From assembly GCA_024710565.1 (NCBI GenBank), contig JANJUN010000023.1:12909-76908 (forward strand): DNA of 64,000 bases, read 5' to 3'. Positions 58,805 to 64,000 of this stretch are shown piece after piece. Below the pieces are notes generated by a model. It worked only from the letters and a program-made list of their open reading frames with translations, was not told the origin of the DNA and made no database searches. Origin of the DNA: Candidatus Altimarinota bacterium. Lineage in GTDB: Bacteria; Patescibacteriota; Gracilibacteria; BD1-5; UBA6164. The translations under genes were made by a program, and so were the position numbers. Each line of letters starts with the position of its first letter. The stretch's first letter is position 1.

Positions 58805-59086
58805 TTATTGATTAGTTTCATTGGTACTTCAAGTGGCTACGCTCGAAGCATCTTCATTTAATAATTCTCCACTTCAAATTTCTTGTGTTCCTCCTGATGC
58901 GCTCGTAGTTCATGAGAAAGATTGTAAAAGTTCTTGTAATTGTTCTTGTGTAAGCGATGTTTCGCTATTTGGAGATCAAAAATAACTCTCATAAATTACT
59001 AAAGCTCACGTAGATACAATAGATCAAATGATAGCAATGAGTGCTATAATAGCCGCTATTTTTGCGGTAGTATTTTTTCTTGGCAT
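58805..59086 (-). CDS. Small membrane-anchored Ser/Thr/Gly-rich protein (93 aa)
   Basis: ORF MPRKNTTAKIAAIIALIAIIGSIVS... checked codon by codon. Its stop lies 5 nt upstream of the OFOR alpha ATG. Confidence 0.45.
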
Positions 59087-59148
59087 AAAAATAATGTAAT
59101 AAAATAAACTGGTAAAAGTATATGGAAATAAAATTATTTTCAAATTTT

Positions 59149-61752
59149 TTAGTTATTCTCAAATATTTTTTGGATTTCTTTAGGTAATTCTTCTTTCATT
59201 TTTATAGTATCAATTTTTCTAATAATTCTAAACTCTTTTCCTCAAAATAATAATATTTCCTCACCTCTTGAATAATTATTGGTATCATAAAAGGTGATAT
59301 ACATATTCTTAAAATAATGGTCTTTATCAGAAAATACATACTGAGATCTCACTTTTGCTATCACTTGTTCTTGTCCATCATTTACAGGCACACTTGTTGA
59401 AAGTAATGCTTTTTCAATAGAAATATTATACTGATTATTCGCATCTAGAGATACCTGAACATCATCATATTTAATATCAAGAAATCCTTTAAGTGATTGA
59501 AAATCCCCTTTTTCTCCAAATAATTTATCTCTCTTAAAAAAGGTAATAGTTCTATCCTCAACAACTTCTGTTTCATTATTTCATTCATAAATTTTCCCAG
59601 CAATTTGCTGAGTATTAAAAAATGTATTGAGAAAAAATCTTGTAAAATCATATTTTGGTCTTTCTTCCTCACTCACCTGCTTATACATGATAGCTAAATC
59701 TGCTTTAATACTATCTAACTCATATGATCCTGATAATTTTTGTCCATTTCTTTTCAAATTATCAAGCCTATAAAATTCTCTTGGATAGAGTGAAAATGAA
59801 AAAACTTCTCCATTGATAGCAATATTTGAAATCTCATAGTAAGAATCTGAAATGATTTTATATACGACATGAGAAGTATCAATTCACTGAAATTGTGATA
59901 AGTATTTTATCAATTCCTCTTTACTTAAAGCGACGTATTGATTTTGTTCAAATATGGTTTGCGCATTTAAAAGATCACTTTTTACTTTATCATATTTTAT
60001 AAGATATTCCGGATGATTGCTGAGCGCTGAATAATATTCAGTATACAAAAGTCTATTAGTAGCATACAATTGATTATAATTCAGGTTTTTTTCTGATAAA
60101 AGCGATTTATTTTTATTGTAGAAATCAAAAATATTTTTCATTATTTTATCAAATTGCACCAATTGTTGGGAGGTCATCGAATTATTTAAATTGAGAACCA
60201 AAAGTCATCTTTCATTGAGATCTTCTTGAAAAAAGGCAGTTCTCATTTCTGATAAAAATTTAGTAAAGATTCTATGATATTCAACTATTAATGTTTCCTG
60301 TCTTCCAGAGTTTTTATAATATATGGCTATATTTTTATTGATTTCTAAATAAATATTCACGATTGATAAAATATCTTCAAACTTTGAGGTATCTGAAAAA
60401 GACACATTATATAACAAAATATTTTTTAAAAAATATGCGAGATAATCGAGTCTCAAAACAATTTCTTGATTTTCATCAATCAATAAAACTCCATCTTTCA
60501 ACTGTAAATTATTTTCTTGTAGGAAAAATTGTAAGAAGGTAAAAATATGCTCTTGTAAATAGCTATTTGAGTGGGTTTGGTTATCAACGAGTGTATAAAT
60601 TTTATTTAAATAAAAAGAGGAAATGTTTGATTTTAACTGACTTTCTTTTCATCATCCTGCGAGTATATCTCATAAAGCAAGAGTACTCGTAATATAATCA
60701 ATACTATTCACTTTTAATAAATTCTTATAGTAAAATGCTATAATATTTTGAAAATTTTGAAAATCTGACTGGCTCAAAGTTTCTAATTTTTTTAAATCTA
60801 ACACAATATCATTTTTGGCATTTTCATAAAAATTCTTATCCTTATTTTTTTGGAAAAGCAGATTCAATTTTGAGAGTATATTTTTTTTATAATAGGATAT
60901 TTTCTTCTCTTTATTGAGAAAAAATACGAAATATTTTTCAATATATGAAATTCCAAAAAGATTTTTATCTTTATACAAAAGTTCTTGTATTCTATCAAGA
61001 TTATATTTTTCAAATTCATTTAATGAGTAGGAAAAAGAGAAAAAATTCTTAAAAAATTGAAGTGCATTTCTATCACTTTTTGGATATAATTGAGTAAAAA
61101 ACTTTTGATTTAACTCTTTATTATCATCTAAAAAACTTTGATTTACATAAAATATCTTTGATATAGATTCAATTCTAAGAATATCTGCATTTTTTAAAAA
61201 TTTATTTCTTCCAATGTTAAATCAAAAAAACATATGCGGATAGATAACAAGTGAAGTCATATTTTCTTTTGATGGCGAAGATAAAAGTGATATATTCACA
61301 ATAGAATCAAAAGAAAATATTTTTATATCTGCATGATTTCTTGAATCAACAAAAAATTTTCACGGTGATTTTGGTTGGATGCTAAAATCTTTATTTTTAA
61401 TAGAATAATTATACGATATATCATAGAGATCAAATAAATATAATCCCTCCTCAATATTTATATTTACGTTTCTATCAAGAGTTTCTCTAGAATAATTTTT
61501 CCCAGAAAAAATAACAGAATCAATGTAATTTAATTGATCCACAAAAAATTTTCACGATGTGATTTCCTGAGCCTGAACAGGTTGTAAAATCATTTGAGAT
61601 CATGAGGAAATGAGTTCATTATATCCAACAGATATTTCCGGTATAGAAAATGAAGATTGTGAAGCGGTTTGATTAAAGTAGGTTACACTTATGGTAAAAA
61701 ATAATCAAAAAATAGCCACCAAAAGAGAAATAATTATTTTTTGTATATTCAT
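59149..61752 (-). CDS. Large membrane-anchored hypothetical protein (867 aa)
   Basis: The 868-codon frame is free of TAA/TAG (every triplet checked) and joins four track ORFs. N-terminal TM helix is IIISLLVAIFGLFFTISVTYF. The internal repeat GKFFVD occurs twice. I recognised no family. Confidence 0.7.
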
Positions 61753-61826
61753 AAAGTTATATTAGAAATAAATTTTCTTGCTTATAATAATAAAAAAAAC
61801 TATTATGTAAACAAAAAATACATTGA

Positions 61827-62849
61827 TTATTGTTGAAAATCATCTTCAAAAATATCTAAAAATTTTCAAATAATATCCTTATTTTTTATAAGAAGTCCCA
61901 TTTCCCTATTTTTATCAATACTATAAGAAGAAAAATTCACACTTCCAATATAGAGATACGTGTCGTCTATCAGAATTGATTTTGCATGGACTTCTGGCTT
62001 TTCTAAAAGTTTGTAGGAAATGTTTTTTTCACGTATTTTTTGTATTTCATCTTCATTAGATGCAACCTTTTTGAGATCTGGGAAAATAATATTTATATCA
62101 ATATTTTCTTTATGTTTTTCAAATAATATTTCCATAATTTCACTATCAGAAAAATTATGTGCGTATATTTTGATAGATTTTTGAGCATTTTTCAGTAAAA
62201 AAGTCATTTGTGTTCTTGATGAAAAAGGACTTAAAACAAGATTTGGATGATAAAAATTTTTCTTTTCTCCCCCAAAATCACTCTCAAAAATTTCTTGAAA
62301 TATTCAGGCCATTTGCTCATTTTGAAGCATTAAAAAAAATTCCCTATTATACTTAAAGGTGGAATATGAATAATTTCCCGTTGAAATAATAACTTCATCA
62401 TCAACTATCATCATTTTACTATGATTGAGCGCATAATTTTGTCCATTTGAATATACTACCGAAACTCAAGATTTTTGTAAATCTCGAAAAGTTTGAGTGT
62501 TTAAACTCGGAGCTTTATAAACATTTTTTTCTAGAATTACTTTTACATCAACTCATCTCTTGTGAGCATCAATAAGAGCTTTTTTGAGTCTTTTTTCAGT
62601 AAAAATATAAACCTCTAAATATACCTTTTCCTTAGCAGAATCTATTTTAGAAACAAGTTCTTCAAGAAATTTGGTATCGGGAGTATGACGCATTGTCAAT
62701 CAAGAAAGGTACTCAATTTTTTCAAAAGAAAAATCTTTGATTTGTTCTTGAATTTGATCTTGAGATTTTTTATTTTCATGAAATTCTACATATTCGTTTT
62801 GAGAAGAAAATAAAAAAAATACTAAAATAAAAAAGAGTATTGATTTCAT
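61827..62849 (-). CDS. Secreted phospholipase D-like protein with two HKD motifs (PLD/cardiolipin synthase/Nuc superfamily)
   Basis: 340-aa ORF verified codon by codon. Signal peptide is MKSILFFILVFFLFSS. HKD motifs are NHSKMMIVDDEVIISTGN and VHAKSILIDDTYLYIGSVNFS. Confidence 0.8.
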
Positions 62850-62860
62850 GAAAAAATAAT

Positions 62861-62897
62861 AAAAAATAAAGATAGACGTATTCTATCTTTATTTTTT
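62861..62897 (-). terminator. Terminator hairpin after the large surface protein gene
   Basis: aaaaaataaagatag acgtatt ctatctttatttttt. Confidence 0.7.
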
Positions 62898-62908
62898 ATT
62901 TCTGCAAA

Positions 62909-64000
62909 CTATTGCGCAAATAATTTTGGTGGATTTGATTGTACTCTTGTATCGTATTTGATAACAAATGGATCTTTATATTCTCATGAATCAGTACAAT
63001 TATTATTTGAATTTTTATCACATCAAACATTTGCTCTTCTGATATAATTTAAATCATATATCATTGCGATGTCAAAATTTTGCGTTTTTGTTCACCCTGG
63101 TAAAATATATTCTCCTCAGGCAAGTATCCCTCATCCAATAGTATTTCTGGTAAATATACTTCCGTTTAAAAAAAGTTGATTTTTCAGAGCTTGCGTTCTT
63201 TCTATTGAATCCTGAACATATGGTACTCCTGATGCATTTACACTTATAAGTCCTCCATCAGCATAGATAATAGCATTAATTTGAGATACATTTGGCATGA
63301 TGTAAATATTTCCTTTTCCAGTATAGCCAGTACTCACATCATAATTATCCTTGAGAACAATAATTCATTTTAATTGAGTCGGAATAAAATTTTCGTCAAA
63401 AATAACATTTCCATCAACTACTACCAATGTTTCAACATCAGGAGTAATATTTGATATTTTTTCATCTCATTGAACATATTTTACTCCATTGATAATTTGT
63501 CCACTGCTCATATTTTTTACATATTCATATGCTGCTTTTCTAATAAGTGTTCTTTGTTCTGAATTATATAAGTTTGAAATATTCGCTTGTTGTCAAGTAA
63601 ATTCTGATTTTCCAGCTCATTGAATTCCTCCAATTACTCTCACTCACATAAACTCACTTCCGGTAGTTTTAATAGGCGTCATATCATTTCCGCCATCTTG
63701 TTCTGATAGATAGTATTTTACCGTTTTTCATCAGAGCTTATAACTTACTATTGGACGATTAATTTGAAGTCATGGTGTTTGATTTAAGTCTGTTGCAGAA
63801 ACACTCGTATTGATTCTTGCACTAAATTCTGTTCCAGTTTCTGAGGTTAATGTAGATCAATTTACAGATTTTGATTCTATTTCTAAATCAGCTCAATTTG
63901 GTTCAATTTGAGAAGAAAAATCATTCATAGTATAGTCACTTAATCCACTCCAAGTTAAACTTGATTTTTGAGTTAAAAGAAGTTTATATTTATTTTGTGT
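62909..64000 (-). CDS. C-terminal 363 aa of a large secreted/surface protein (5' end beyond the window)
   Basis: The frame is open from 64000 to the TAG at 62909..62911 (every triplet checked). The sequence is beta-rich and Gly/Asn/Ser/Thr-rich (GNIYIMPNVSQINAIIYADGGLISV ... NGSIFTRNTIGGGILAGGEYILPGG). I cannot name a family with confidence. Confidence 0.65.

Noticed and set aside
61224-61230. Suspected frameshift at an A7 run in the 867-aa gene. My first hand translation hit a stop here.
   Set aside because: Recounting the homopolymer (7, not 8) restores the frame. A triplet-by-triplet scan of 59149..61752 shows no TAA/TAG.
1-64000. TGA read as tryptophan (code 4, Mycoplasma-like) instead of glycine.
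   Set aside because: TGA falls on invariant Gly positions (P-loops GxxxxGK, the GNH and GD metallophosphoesterase motifs, CPGCGD, TPIGN, GGKQ). Trp positions use TGG.
1-64000. CRISPR arrays, rRNA genes and insertion sequences.
   Set aside because: I saw no regularly spaced short direct repeats, no rRNA-like conserved stretches and no transposase-like ORFs on either strand. The only short repeats are the operator-like pair at 10248..10285 and the tRNA 3' end duplication.

Overview
AT-rich bacterial sequence that is only coherent under genetic code 25 (UGA = Gly). Universally conserved glycines in HflX, EngB, YmdB, RsmI, L21 and the OFOR beta subunit are encoded by TGA. The supplied standard-code ORF track is therefore badly fragmented, and I re-derived genes using TAA/TAG as the only stops. 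I checked most long genes codon by codon. This recoding points to Gracilibacteria (BD1-5) or Absconditabacteria (SR1) of the CPR/Patescibacteria.

The dominant feature is structural. Positions 1..26285 are the exact reverse complement of 26286..52570 (x maps to 52571-x), with no spacer; the centre is ...cgtaa|ttacg... at 26285/26286. As a result, 27 protein genes and a tRNA-Gln occur twice in mirror image. The left arm runs off the window start, and only the right arm continues into unique sequence (52571..64000). I consider a fold-back assembly or amplification chimera most likely. A hairpin-ended linear replicon is the interesting alternative.

Each arm contains:
- A NicO-like metal transporter fusion.
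- A WbaP-like sugar transferase.
- ymdB.
- An M23 peptidase with a coiled coil.
- MscS.
- An AbiEi-like wHTH protein with operator-like repeats.
- hflX.
- An SbcC/Rad50-like ATPase.
- A three-member paralogous family, one member carrying a peptidoglycan-binding domain.
- An MBL-fold hydrolase.
- rsmE.
- TraX.
- engB.
- A DUF2892 protein.
- tRNA-Gln(UUG), followed by a duplicated tRNA 3' end.
- rplU.
- A LysM-CHAP hydrolase.

The unique part contains:
- rsmI.
- A FapA/DUF342 gene carrying a 60-nt out-of-frame patch with an in-frame TAG.
- A two-subunit 2-oxoacid:ferredoxin oxidoreductase.
- A block of secreted or membrane proteins: an 867-aa protein, a PLD-like protein and the C-terminus of a large surface protein.

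I recognised no rRNA, CRISPR array, transposase or integrase. All product calls come from motif recognition by eye. No database search was run.
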